Virus record (IMG/VR): IMGVR_UViG_3300013999_000001
Location: 21,804-85,803 of that record
Origin: a virus
Lineage: Duplodnaviria; Caudoviricetes
Reading direction: 5' to 3' (one strand)
Length of the DNA stretch: 64,000 nucleotides
Shown: positions 47,340-57,000 of the stretch, one piece after another
Layout: the number at the start of each line of letters is the position of its first letter
Numbering within the stretch: position 1 is the first letter of the stretch
Position numbers and translations under genes: made by a program
Notes under the pieces: generated by a model
What the model was told of the DNA's origin: nothing
The model's input: only the letters and a program-made list of their open reading frames with translations
The model's database searches: none

Positions 47340-47852
47340 ATGTTTTCAGGAGTCAAAGGCCCGCTAATGGCCGCTGCCCTCGCCCTGTTCAGCTACGGGC
47401 TAATTCAGGCTTATACAGCTGTAACGGATCATCTCAATTACGTGGATGCGCTGGAAAAAGAGACAGGGAAACTGGCAGATGAAAACGACACACTCAACGA
47501 GCAGGTTGGCTCGCTCAAACAGGCTACGGTACAGCAGCAGGATCATATCGGCGTGCTGGAAACCGAACTAGCAACCCGGGAGGCTGCACTTCAGGAGCAT
47601 CTTACCCGCCAAAAAGACCTTGAAACCCGACTGGCAAAACTCAGCGAGGAAAGCCGCAATGCAATTATCAATATCACGAATGAAATTAAGCGCGCTGGTC
47701 TGCAAGGTCTGCGTGTGCCTGACACTGTTATCAGGATGCAACGCGAGCGCGCCAGGCAAATCAACGCCGGAAATTATCACAACAACGAAAGTAGTGACGC
47801 TGCCTCAAAAGCAGGCGATGCCGTATCTGCAATGCCTGATACCCGAGGATAG
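47340..47852 (+). CDS. Candidate i-spanin (Rz-like)
   Basis: N-terminal TM segment plus long coiled coil. Confidence 0.65.
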   Translation: MFSGVKGPLMAAALALFSYGLIQAYTAVTDHLNYVDALEKETGKLADENDTLNEQVGSLKQATVQQQDHIGVLETELATREAALQEHLTRQKDLETRLAKLSEESRNAIINITNEIKRAGLQGLRVPDTVIRMQRERARQINAGNYHNNESSDAASKAGDAVSAMPDTRG

Positions 47853-47961
47853 CCCGGAGTTCTTAGAACAGTACCCGGCGTATACGGAAGTGCTGTATGA
47901 CACTTTTGAACAGTGTAACGCGCGCAACCAGTTGCGTAACGATTACAATATGAACTTATGA
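47680..47961 (+). CDS. Candidate o-spanin lipoprotein (Rz1/Mlp-like)
   Basis: Lipobox LLSGC; overlaps the 3' part of the i-spanin gene. Confidence 0.65.
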   Translation: MKLSALVCKVCVCLTLLSGCNASAPGKSTPEIITTTKVVTLPQKQAMPYLQCLIPEDSPEFLEQYPAYTEVLYDTFEQCNARNQLRNDYNMNL

Positions 47962-47996
47962 CTGTGTGACTGTGTGACTGTGTGACTGTTTTACAA
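47957..47996. repeat. 8-bp tandem array
   Basis: TATGACTG (TGTGACTG)x3 TTTTACAA. Confidence 0.75.
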
Positions 47997-48029
47997 AATT
48001 GTAGGGCTGTACTTACAGCCCTACATTAA

Positions 48030-48974
48030 CTAACCATTTCGATATAGTCTGCGAGCATTCGCGCTGGTTTCGTTTAAGTTTATTTCATGATAGAAGTTAT
48101 TTATAAAGACGCAAAAATCATTAATTCTTAATCGAAGTGTTATTATATTATCTGAAATTTCTTCGAATAATTCATGCTCCTCCCGATTACGGCAGAAGTC
48201 GCCGGGAGTTAAAAAGCTATACGTGTCCTGTTGTGTTAAATAATTGTATGGAGCTTTATTAAACAAGTTCATGAGTGCGATCCATGCATTTGCAAGGTCA
48301 TATGTGAAACTCTCTAATTTTTCATCACTCAAATAAAATACTGGCGACCGAATGATGTTAGACATATTTTCATATTCATAAACAATTAATGAATGAATAT
48401 ATTTAGCGCCCCATTGCAAATGTTCAATGGTGGAAGGAAAGTCAATAACATTTAACAATGTTAACAAGTTAGAGATATCTCTCTTACGTAAAATCTCCTC
48501 CCTGGTCGGTTCAGTTTGGTCGAACATTTGTGGATAATGTTGCTTAAGTACGGCAGGATCTTTTGTTAAATCTGCTGTTATATCATCCCAAAACTCAACG
48601 CTAATCGGGAATTTTCCTTGCTGCTGCCTTGTGGCATTGAATTGTCTGACGAAGGCCTGAATGGTAGCGTCTCTTGGTGCTGTTGTGGCAATGTAGAGGA
48701 TCTTTATTTCTGGTTTAAATTTTTCAGCCTTTGCTACCTCGTCCTCTATAGTTTGCTGATCTATTCCCGAAACGGTATTTTTGCACTGTATGCCTACGAG
48801 CTGAGCAAATGAGTCCTCGCCATAAATATCAACACCATCTTGCTTTTGACCTGCCCTGCCATGCCTGGTCAGATTATGGGTAGACCATCTTAATTGGAAG
48901 GAGCTTTTGCAAATGTCTTCAAATTCATCCCATGACTTAGGGACGTTAAATCTCATAGTATTGAATGTAACCAT
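48030..48974 (-). CDS. Mrr/Cap4-like restriction-endonuclease-fold protein; AT-rich cargo
   Basis: PKSWDEFE..GRAGQKQDGVDI..GIQCK; visibly AT-rich compared with neighbours. Confidence 0.75.
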   Translation of the reverse strand: MVTFNTMRFNVPKSWDEFEDICKSSFQLRWSTHNLTRHGRAGQKQDGVDIYGEDSFAQLVGIQCKNTVSGIDQQTIEDEVAKAEKFKPEIKILYIATTAPRDATIQAFVRQFNATRQQQGKFPISVEFWDDITADLTKDPAVLKQHYPQMFDQTEPTREEILRKRDISNLLTLLNVIDFPSTIEHLQWGAKYIHSLIVYEYENMSNIIRSPVFYLSDEKLESFTYDLANAWIALMNLFNKAPYNYLTQQDTYSFLTPGDFCRNREEHELFEEISDNIITLRLRINDFCVFINNFYHEINLNETSANARRLYRNG

Positions 48975-49048
48975 CTACTAATCCTTAATTGAGGTAATTT
49001 ATTATTCTAATGACGCGCTTAAATCCCTAACCGACAGGCAAATGAAAA

Positions 49049-49915
49049 TTAGACGCCAGACGGTTTTAACTTTGGGTGTCGCTTATGTATTATCAAATAG
49101 TTTTCACGCTCCTTTTTGGTTAGCGAAAACTCAAGATAGCCAATGGTTTGAAGCTGTTCTAACGCTTTTTTGATGGTCCGATTTTGTTCACTGACACTGG
49201 ACGCCAGCGAAAGGCGCTCACGCAACCGGGCAAAAGATACAGGGATAGGGCTGGCTGGCAAACTTTCGATGAAGGTGTAGATGGCCTGAGCGGCCTCCTT
49301 CTTAGGTAGCGCTTTGATCGCATGTTGCTGGAGCAATACCCGATAGTCCAGTTGAAACAGCTCCCACAACTTTTCGTCAGCCTCCAGCTCAACAATGTCA
49401 CGGTCAGCATCAAAATAGCCTGTTTTCAGCAAACCGGTTTGGTAACTGCCCCGGGCATCCTCACCACGCTTGAACGATATGGATTTGTTACGAAGCTTAC
49501 CCAGGGATTCATGTATGGATAGCCTCAGACGCCCGTCTATACGTTTTGCTGAGAATCCACATCCTTTTGCAAAGTCAGAAAATTTAAGCTGGATCTTATT
49601 CGTCTTTAGGCCGTGCTTGCTGAATGCAAAAATCACCCCTATCCACACTTTAAAATCCACATCCATATCGAGACGCGGACCGCCAATCTTCACATTATCG
49701 TAGCCCTCAGCCCGGGCCAACTCCAGTTGTGAGAACAGTTCGGAGGCGTCAACAATGTTGTTGTTACCCTGGGATTTTGTGGGCTTCGGAACGAAAACCC
49801 CCAGCCGCATCAATGCCACTGGCTGCACCGTATTATTGGAATTAACTGTTAACTGTTTTTCCCGAGATTCCATGTCGCTGAATAACGCATCAGAAATAAA
49901 AGTCTTATCGGTCAT
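49049..49915 (-). CDS. repA: Plasmid replication initiator RepA (P1-type)
   Basis: NSNNTVQPVALMRLGVFVPKP and LPKKEAAQAIYTFIESLP nearly identical to recalled P1 RepA. Confidence 0.95.
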   Translation of the reverse strand: MTDKTFISDALFSDMESREKQLTVNSNNTVQPVALMRLGVFVPKPTKSQGNNNIVDASELFSQLELARAEGYDNVKIGGPRLDMDVDFKVWIGVIFAFSKHGLKTNKIQLKFSDFAKGCGFSAKRIDGRLRLSIHESLGKLRNKSISFKRGEDARGSYQTGLLKTGYFDADRDIVELEADEKLWELFQLDYRVLLQQHAIKALPKKEAAQAIYTFIESLPASPIPVSFARLRERLSLASSVSEQNRTIKKALEQLQTIGYLEFSLTKKERENYLIIHKRHPKLKPSGV

Positions 49916-49969
49916 ACGGTTGCCTTAGATTATCGGGCTAGTGACATCGTGTGAATAAAAGGATTCCTT

Positions 49970-50190
49970 ATCCCGCCAGCACACACCTTACATCCCGCCA
50001 GCACACATATTCAACCCTACAGCACACATATTCCTCCCGCCAGCGCACATTTTTATCCCGCCAGCACACATCAGGATAGGCTTCTAAGCCAGACGGGGCG
50101 CGCTTCTCAGGCGCTGGGGATCTGTTTGGTACTCTTTAGGATCTATTTGGGATCTATTTATTGGATCTATCAAGTGGATATGTGGATAAA
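49970..50190. other. Plasmid origin: five iterons, GATC/AT-rich repeats and DnaA-like boxes
   Basis: ATCCCGCCAGCACACAT-like iterons at 49970, 49992, 50013, 50034 and 50055 (21-22 bp spacing); GGATC repeats at ~50117-50170; TGTGGATAA at ~50181. Confidence 0.88.
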
Positions 50191-50199
50191 CAACCTTGA

Positions 50200-50405
50200 A
50201 GATGTGCGCTGTTGGGCAATCAGCTCATTCAACGTGTGCGCTGGCGGGATAAAGACATGAATCAGGCCTGTCATGTGCTAAACAGAGAGATTTTTCCTTA
50301 GATTTCCCCACCAGCACACATTTAAACGCGTGATGCTTCCCTGTAGCGCACATTTTCAAGTCCACGCCCGCCAGCGCACATGTTTATCCCTCCAGCGCAC
50401 ATTTA
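50200..50405. repeat. Additional dispersed iterons (incA-like)
   Basis: GTGTGCGCTGGCGGGAT, CCCCACCAGCACACAT, CCCTGTAGCGCACAT, CCCGCCAGCGCACAT, CCCTCCAGCGCACAT. Confidence 0.75.
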
Positions 50406-51674
50406 AAACCGGGCAAGAGGAATGTCTTTCCAGCGGGTAGTGTAGGCAGGCGATAGCATTTCTCGCTTCATCTGCCAATCAGGCGCAATTCCTCTTCCTG
50501 CAAACCACACATGTCCTAACCCTGAGTTATTAATGCTATCCAAAACCTTCATAAGCTGATCACTATTGGCTCGTGGCTGAACGTCGTCAAACAAGGTCAG
50601 TTGGCTAACTCCAGATGGGACAAAATCGTTAAGCATGACTCCGGCTTTAGCATAACGATGCCCGTCTACCCATATACGGTCCAGAGCGCGTATAGCTGCA
50701 TTAATAACGTCTCGACTGTCTCTGGTCGGTATGATTAGCTTCTCAGTCGCCACGTTGCCGTAATACGGCTCATTGACGTTGAATGGAGATGTTTTAATGA
50801 ATGCTGAGATATGTCGGCAATATTGCCCCTCCTGCCGCAGCTTCTCGGCGGCGCGTTCGGCGTACTGACAAATAGCCTGCCTCAACTCGTCATAGGTAGT
50901 GATCCGCTGACCAAAGGACCGGCTACATACAATCTGCTGTTTAGCAGGAGGCGCTTCCTCAAGACTTATGCAGCTTTCACCCCTTAATTCCCGGACGGTT
51001 CGCTCCAGAACCACACTGAAATTCTTACGAATGAATGTCGGGTGCGTGCGCGCCAGTTCCAGCGCCGTGGTTATCCCCAGCGCGTTAAGTTTTTTGGAGA
51101 TCCTCCCACCTACGCCCCACAACTCATTAACCGGCATCAACGACAGCATTTTATCAATGCGATTGCGGTTGCCCGGGGTCAGCGCCAGGACGCCGCCGAA
51201 TTGCGGCCATTCCTTCCCGGCCCACTGAGCGGCCTTAGCCAGTGTCTTTGTAGGCCCCATACCCACACCAATCGTTAATCCGGTAGATGATAGGACGTGA
51301 TCGCGCAGCTGGTGGCCAAACGCCTCAAAAGTCATGCAGCCGTCAATGCCCCGGACATCAAGAAACATTTCGTCAACTGAATATTGTTCTACTCGGGGAG
51401 ACAGCTCCTCAAGACAACGCATCACGCGGGCGCTCATGCTCGCATAAAGCGCATAATTGCTGGAAAAGGGAAACACCGGTTCCGGGAACTGCGTGGCCTT
51501 AAGCTGGAACCAAGGCATACCCATCTTTATGCCTAGCCGCTTCGCTTCCTTCGATCTTGCAATTATGCAGCCATCATTATTCGACAAAACGACGACAGCT
51601 TTATCCCGCAAATCCGGTCGGAAAGCCTTCTCACAGCTGGCGTAAAAGCTGTTCACATCAGCCAGCGCAAACAT
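50403..51674 (-). CDS. umuC: DNA polymerase V subunit UmuC
   Basis: [20 protein letters not shown] and W.MKREMLSPAYTT. Confidence 0.95.
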   Translation of the reverse strand: MFALADVNSFYASCEKAFRPDLRDKAVVVLSNNDGCIIARSKEAKRLGIKMGMPWFQLKATQFPEPVFPFSSNYALYASMSARVMRCLEELSPRVEQYSVDEMFLDVRGIDGCMTFEAFGHQLRDHVLSSTGLTIGVGMGPTKTLAKAAQWAGKEWPQFGGVLALTPGNRNRIDKMLSLMPVNELWGVGGRISKKLNALGITTALELARTHPTFIRKNFSVVLERTVRELRGESCISLEEAPPAKQQIVCSRSFGQRITTYDELRQAICQYAERAAEKLRQEGQYCRHISAFIKTSPFNVNEPYYGNVATEKLIIPTRDSRDVINAAIRALDRIWVDGHRYAKAGVMLNDFVPSGVSQLTLFDDVQPRANSDQLMKVLDSINNSGLGHVWFAGRGIAPDWQMKREMLSPAYTTRWKDIPLARF

Positions 51675-52126
51675 TACGCCCGACCCCGGGTAGTGTGAAC
51701 AAAATGGGTTACAACTCCGAATATAAAAAGCGTGTCTGGATCGGGATAGATTGCTGAGTAGGCAGAATTCATTGGCTGTAGCGCCAGCTTCGGTCTGGTC
51801 AGCAGCTGCTTAACGGTAAACCCGCCATCAACCTCAGCAATGACGATATCACCATGCTCAGGGCGCAATGAACGATCCACCACCAGCAGATCACCATCTT
51901 TGAGGCCAATATCATTCATGCTATTGCCACTGGCGCGCACAAAGAATGTCGCTGCCGGGTGACGAATACAGTATTGGTTTAAATCAAGCTCTGCCTCCAC
52001 GTAGTCCTGGGCGGGGCTGGGAAACCCAGCGGCGCACTTCTCAAGGAAAAGCGGGATAGCGAGTCGTTCTGGATTATTTATTGGAGTTATCAGTAACATA
52101 AGAAACATATCCGAATGTTTAAGCAC
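51674..52126 (-). CDS. umuD: UmuD
   Basis: CAAGFPSPA cleavage site, ASGNSM Ser and TVK Lys; true start probably ~20 nt downstream of 52126. Confidence 0.93.
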   Translation of the reverse strand: MLKHSDMFLMLLITPINNPERLAIPLFLEKCAAGFPSPAQDYVEAELDLNQYCIRHPAATFFVRASGNSMNDIGLKDGDLLVVDRSLRPEHGDIVIAEVDGGFTVKQLLTRPKLALQPMNSAYSAIYPDPDTLFIFGVVTHFVHTTRGRA

Positions 52127-52141
52127 TGTATAAAAATACAG
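52126..52141. promoter_or_regulatory. LexA (SOS) box
   Basis: CTGT-ATAAAAAT-ACAG upstream of umuD. Confidence 0.88.
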
Positions 52142-52225
52142 TATAAAAGATATGGGGATATGTCGCCAGATTTAGGAAGGCGGGTGAAAGGGGTAAAGCT
52201 GGCGAGGTTTCGCCAGCAATGAGGC

Positions 52226-52624
52226 CTATTTATTGATGTTGAAAGCGCGAGCCATTTCCTCGCCGCCCACTTCAATCAGGATCGCTTCCATACCCGCCGA
52301 TGGAGAACCCTTACCACGTTTGCGGATATAGTCTGATGCAGCTTCGGGGATGTATACCGCAAGCGTGGTCGCCTTATGCTTGCGAGGAGGCGCGCCAACG
52401 CGCGGATACACCACGGAATTTACAATGCTTTCAGTATCCACGAACGTTTGCGCTTCCAGAATCGGCTTCTCGTTGTGAGTCATGACAATATGCGATGCCA
52501 GCCCTCTCACCTCCTCCTCCTCCAAGATAGCCAGCAGATGATTACTGGCAAGGCGGCGCGATGCCGTTTTGATGTAATGGCTGGTGCCGCCACCGGCATA
52601 ACGGTAATAAACCTCATAAGACAT
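52226..52624 (-). CDS. Hypothetical protein with C-terminal RHH-like segment
   Basis: GGAG RBS before ATG 52624; operator-like motif at 52668. Confidence 0.6.
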   Translation of the reverse strand: MSYEVYYRYAGGGTSHYIKTASRRLASNHLLAILEEEEVRGLASHIVMTHNEKPILEAQTFVDTESIVNSVVYPRVGAPPRKHKATTLAVYIPEAASDYIRKRGKGSPSAGMEAILIEVGGEEMARAFNINK

Positions 52625-52782
52625 ACGCGTAATTCTCCATGCGACAAATTCACAACAAAATAATATAAATTCTAAGACTAACAAATTAATTTTTAATTTT
52701 TATTCTCTTTGCAAAGCACAAAGTCCATTTACTGTAACTGTCAAAAGTAACCTCACACCGCGCCCTAAATAGGGGCTGACCT

Positions 52783-54609
52783 GTGAGCAAAGATATTGCG
52801 CCTGCCCGCGCGCGCGTCGAAGAGATTAATAACCGCGCCGCCCGAGTAATGGCTTTTACTGTAGATATTCAACGTGATGCGACTGGCAACCTGATTACCG
52901 ATCAGGATCTGCTGGCTCGCGCTGCGACCGATGGCGCACTGAAAGACCCTATGTTTGAAGGCGTAGATCGTCGCTTTGTGCGCCAGGTGGCGACCGGCTG
53001 GGCATCAGCCATGATCGACTACGAAAAACGCAACGGTTGCCTGCCGCCTGCTGACGTACTCGCTAACGCCCATCGTTGCACCGAAAACCTGATGTTGGAA
53101 GCGGCCAACGACAAGCACGAAGGCAGCGGCAGCGCGATGTTTGAATCCGTAGCAGCGGACATGCGCACCTCTGACGGCGTGATGCGTCTGGCTCAGTACG
53201 TGGCGCTTATCCTGCCGGTATCCCTGGGTGCGGCCACCAGCGATGTGTGTACCTTCGTTCCTTGCGATCGCGATCAGGCAGATATTTATGAACTCCTGAA
53301 CATCGCAGGCACCGAGTTTGGCACCTTCAAAAAAGGTGATGAGCTGCATATGCAGCGCGCTGGCGTTTATGCTCAGCTCAAACGCTTCTACATTTTCCCG
53401 CAGGCCAATCAGCCTGACGGTACTGAAAAAGTCTTTACCTTCAAAATTGCTGATGTCGAAGGCAAAAGCATGCCTATCAAGGCGGGCCGTACCAAGCTCT
53501 TGATCAACCGCCGTATGTCCAAAGTGGATGACGGCGACGGCAACCTTTATTTCAACGATACAGATTCAAAAGGTAATACGTTCTCCGCTAACTGTAAGGT
53601 GGATTACGACAAAGGCTCTATCACCGTCACGTTCACCGATGCGCCGGTTGTTGGCACCGAGCTGACTGCGCAGGTTGAAATTAACATCGAAAAAGCGCCT
53701 GAGCTGATTCCTGTTATCAACCAGACCATGCGCAAATACACTGTGTCGCCGTCGCAGTACGTGATTGCGTCCGAGCACACCGTAATGTCTGCATCCGATG
53801 CCAGCCGTGAATTCGGCCTGAATATGGCGTCTATCCAGTTCACCGCCATGCGTAACTGGCTGTCTCATGAGCAGGACATGATGCGCCTGCGCACCATCGC
53901 GTTCCATTGCGTTCGTGGCTACGAATTCGACGTGGCTCTGCCGGAAGCGCAGCAGTATGAATCCTGGGTAGGTCTTATGCGTCATCGCATGAGCGAAATG
54001 AGCACCGAAATGGTGAACCTGACCCGTAAAGTTGGTATCCGTGGCGGATTTGCTGGTGGCGAAGCGGCGAACTTCCTCAAATCTCTGCCGCCGCAGTATT
54101 TCACCATGGACCCGGACTACGTGCAGACCCCGCACATCCAGTTCATTGGGACCCTGTTTGGCATCTACCGCATCTATGAAGTGCCAAATATGGTTTGCGA
54201 TCAGTTCATGGAGACTGGCTGCAACTTCGATCGCAATGACATTCTTTTCTACGGTCGTGGCGAGCAGATCGGCGAAGCGGGCCTGATCTCCGGCGATGCT
54301 GTACCAGCTATCCCTTACGTCCACGAAACCAACCCGTCACTGATCAACCGCACTACGTTGTGGGGTTCCTCGCTGAACGAAATTCATCCGCGCTTCGGTG
54401 AAAACTACTTCTGCAAGCTGACGCTGACCAATAACAAAGTTGGCTCCTACAACATGCTCAGCGGCAAGAAAATCGGCTCCGACGATGCATCAATGATGAT
54501 GGCTAACATCGCTGGCGCGCCGATTGTGGAGCAGTCAGACGCGGACACGCAGGCTCAGGCAGAAGCGGAAGCAGCAGCAGCGGCTAAATCAACCAAAACC
54601 ACCAAGTAA
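52783..54609 (+). CDS. Major capsid protein precursor, P1 gp23-like
   Basis: 608 aa; order 23-22-21 as in P1. Confidence 0.8.
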   Translation: MSKDIAPARARVEEINNRAARVMAFTVDIQRDATGNLITDQDLLARAATDGALKDPMFEGVDRRFVRQVATGWASAMIDYEKRNGCLPPADVLANAHRCTENLMLEAANDKHEGSGSAMFESVAADMRTSDGVMRLAQYVALILPVSLGAATSDVCTFVPCDRDQADIYELLNIAGTEFGTFKKGDELHMQRAGVYAQLKRFYIFPQANQPDGTEKVFTFKIADVEGKSMPIKAGRTKLLINRRMSKVDDGDGNLYFNDTDSKGNTFSANCKVDYDKGSITVTFTDAPVVGTELTAQVEINIEKAPELIPVINQTMRKYTVSPSQYVIASEHTVMSASDASREFGLNMASIQFTAMRNWLSHEQDMMRLRTIAFHCVRGYEFDVALPEAQQYESWVGLMRHRMSEMSTEMVNLTRKVGIRGGFAGGEAANFLKSLPPQYFTMDPDYVQTPHIQFIGTLFGIYRIYEVPNMVCDQFMETGCNFDRNDILFYGRGEQIGEAGLISGDAVPAIPYVHETNPSLINRTTLWGSSLNEIHPRFGENYFCKLTLTNNKVGSYNMLSGKKIGSDDASMMMANIAGAPIVEQSDADTQAQAEAEAAAAAKSTKTTK

Positions 54610-54616
54610 CCGAAAC

Positions 54617-54638
54617 AGCGCCCTTCGGGGCGCTTTTT
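54617..54638 (+). terminator. Terminator after the capsid gene
   Basis: AGCGCCC-TTCG-GGGCGCT followed by TTTT. Confidence 0.75.
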
Positions 54639-54651
54639 AAGGATTTATCAG

Positions 54652-56232
54652 ATGAAACAAATCCCCTTTGCAGTGGGCCAGGCATCCGGCACGGCGGTAA
54701 TGCCTGTTAATGCCGACGCTACAAACTCCGTGGCAGCTGGTGGCGCTTCAACTTTCGCCGGTCTGGTCCTGAGCCGTCGCGGTAAAATTGGCAAAGTCAT
54801 CAGCGTTAACGCCGACAACTTCCAGCTTCTGCTGGGTAAAGCGATCCATCCTCGCCAGGGTGAAGCATTCGAGCCACTGCGTCATGTTGAGCGCGCCACC
54901 AAAGGCGGCAACGGCTATGTGGTCCGCGTGGCAGCACCCGGCATGAAAATCCCTGCGCTGGTGCTGGCCGTTGATCCTGAAACCAAAGATCTCACCATTA
55001 CCGCGTCCAATTTCAACGCCGGCACGCAGCCTGCGCTACCCGCTAATAGCGTGGCGATGATCTACATTGACGACGGCGATGCATCCGCTAACCGTACCCT
55101 GTCGCTGGTGGAAGATGAAAGCGCCGACGGATTCTACATTCTGACCCTGAACGAAACCGATGAAGCAGGCGGTATCACCGCACTTGAAACGCATCAGATT
55201 GCCTTTGCCCTCGAAGCGCGTTCTGACATGGGAAATCCGGCATTCCTGGCAACCGCACTGGAAAACAGCTCTACCCGCCTGGCCGCAATCGTCAGCGACG
55301 ATGTGGAAGAGCAACTGGCGCAGACCACCAAGTTGGAAGTGAAGGATGCAGCGTTTACAGGCGGCAGCGACGGCGATTTCTCTACCGTTACACCAGCGGA
55401 TTACGCCAAAGCGCTGGCGGTCCTTAAAAAATCCAACGTGAACTTTACCGCTCTGTTATCCCTGGGTTGCTATGACAGCACCGTACTGGCCGACCTGGAG
55501 CAGTATGCGCAAAACCTGCGTGTGGACATGTTCTATGACCTCAAAGGCGCGCAGATGTCCACGGCGGCGATCACTGAGGCGAAAGGTCATGGTTTCGGCG
55601 GCTCACACCAGGCGGCACGTTACTACTTTCCGTACTACTGCCGTGATGTGTTCTCAGGCGTGAAAGTGTGCTTCGGGATCTCCTGTGACGCCTTTGTTGC
55701 AAAAGCAAAAGGTGTGGCACTGGTATCCGATGTGGGCGGCTGGCATTACGCACCGGCTGGCGTGTCGCGTGGCATCATCAGTCGCCAGAATATCGAACCA
55801 ATCCCGAACCTGGACGAAATCGATCTGGAAGCCTTCGCCGCTGCACGTATCAACCCGGTTGCAGTTGACGATCAGGGTAACGTATTCATTGACGATTCAC
55901 TGACAACCTTCGCCAAAAACAACTACCTGCGCCTGCAACACATCAGCTCGCTGATGAACGCTATCGCGCGTGGTTTCTATGCTATCGCGCAAGCCGCCAA
56001 GCACGAACCAGACGGAGTAACCACCAGCACCCTGCTGGAAGGCATGACCGACCTGTTAGAACGCTTCTCCGCAGCCGAAGCACTGGTTAAACCGCGTGAT
56101 GCTACGCAGGGTGAAGAGCCGTTCGTGCTCAAGCTGGCTCAGAAAGACATTGACCTCTGGGAGCTGGAGTGGGCGGTGTGTCCGACCGGTTCAGCTCGCC
56201 GTATTGTCGGCAAACCTATGCTCTTCCGATAA
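54652..56232 (+). CDS. Tail sheath protein, P1 gp22-like
   Basis: 526 aa; FTGGSDG, YAPAGVSRG and INPV sheath motifs. Confidence 0.85.
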   Translation: MKQIPFAVGQASGTAVMPVNADATNSVAAGGASTFAGLVLSRRGKIGKVISVNADNFQLLLGKAIHPRQGEAFEPLRHVERATKGGNGYVVRVAAPGMKIPALVLAVDPETKDLTITASNFNAGTQPALPANSVAMIYIDDGDASANRTLSLVEDESADGFYILTLNETDEAGGITALETHQIAFALEARSDMGNPAFLATALENSSTRLAAIVSDDVEEQLAQTTKLEVKDAAFTGGSDGDFSTVTPADYAKALAVLKKSNVNFTALLSLGCYDSTVLADLEQYAQNLRVDMFYDLKGAQMSTAAITEAKGHGFGGSHQAARYYFPYYCRDVFSGVKVCFGISCDAFVAKAKGVALVSDVGGWHYAPAGVSRGIISRQNIEPIPNLDEIDLEAFAAARINPVAVDDQGNVFIDDSLTTFAKNNYLRLQHISSLMNAIARGFYAIAQAAKHEPDGVTTSTLLEGMTDLLERFSAAEALVKPRDATQGEEPFVLKLAQKDIDLWELEWAVCPTGSARRIVGKPMLFR

Positions 56233-56243
56233 GAGAAAAAGAC

Positions 56244-56948
56244 ATGATGACGAAACGTAACCTGGGGTATAACCCCTTACTGAAAGCAGCTTTCGCGCCG
56301 GAAGCTGAATCCCAAGAGCCGGATGCGATGCTGGAAAGTGCGCGCAACCGCAAGCCGGGTACTGACGATAAAGAAATGGCGATGTTTGAAGCACTCGATC
56401 GCCACATTAATGAAGGGCGTCGTGGTCTGGCGGCGGCTCTACTGCTGGACTGGGCAAGTGATGGCGAGCCGACCTGGGCTGACTTTAGCTCGCTGGCAAT
56501 CTCTTTCGCTGATCTACCCGATCTGGAAGACGACGACGAAGACTACACCGACGAGCAGGTTGACGCTTACAACGATGCGCTGTCTGAACTGGCTTACGCA
56601 GCCATTGCACTGGGCGCAAATCAGGATGACGTTACCAGCATGATCGACGATGAAGATGATGATGCGGCCAGCGCCGTATTTGATTCTTTGAGCGACGTTG
56701 ACGATGACGATGACGCGATCGGCGAGTACACAATAGCAGGCGACGATGACGACGCGCTGTTTGAAGCGTCGAAAATCAAAGTTGTACGTGGCGGTAAGGT
56801 AAAACTTATCCGCAAGCGTATCCGCAAGCTGCGTCGTACCTCCAAACAGAAAGCGGCCATCAAAAAAGCGCGCCGTAAAGCGCAAACCTCGACGGCCAAA
56901 CTTCACCGACGTAAATCCATGAACATCCGTAAAAAACGCGGTCTGTAA
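56244..56948 (+). CDS. P1 gp21-like prohead core/scaffold protein
   Basis: Acidic middle and a very basic C-terminal tail. Confidence 0.65.
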   Translation: MMTKRNLGYNPLLKAAFAPEAESQEPDAMLESARNRKPGTDDKEMAMFEALDRHINEGRRGLAAALLLDWASDGEPTWADFSSLAISFADLPDLEDDDEDYTDEQVDAYNDALSELAYAAIALGANQDDVTSMIDDEDDDAASAVFDSLSDVDDDDDAIGEYTIAGDDDDALFEASKIKVVRGGKVKLIRKRIRKLRRTSKQKAAIKKARRKAQTSTAKLHRRKSMNIRKKRGL

Positions 56949-56953
56949 TGTTT

Positions 56954-56982
56954 AATGCCACCAGCCTCGCTGGTGGCATTTT
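56954..56982 (+). terminator. Intrinsic terminator
   Basis: AATGCCACCAGC-CTC-GCTGGTGGCATT followed by TT. Confidence 0.7.
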
Positions 56983-57000
56983 CCCCAAGGAGTATTCCCC

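Noticed and set aside
35370-52755. Near-identical TGTCAAAAGTA(A/C)CCTC at ~52740 (+) and ~35370 (-)
   Set aside because: Only two copies, in opposite orientation relative to their genes; the ACA(G/A)ACC box explains the late promoters better
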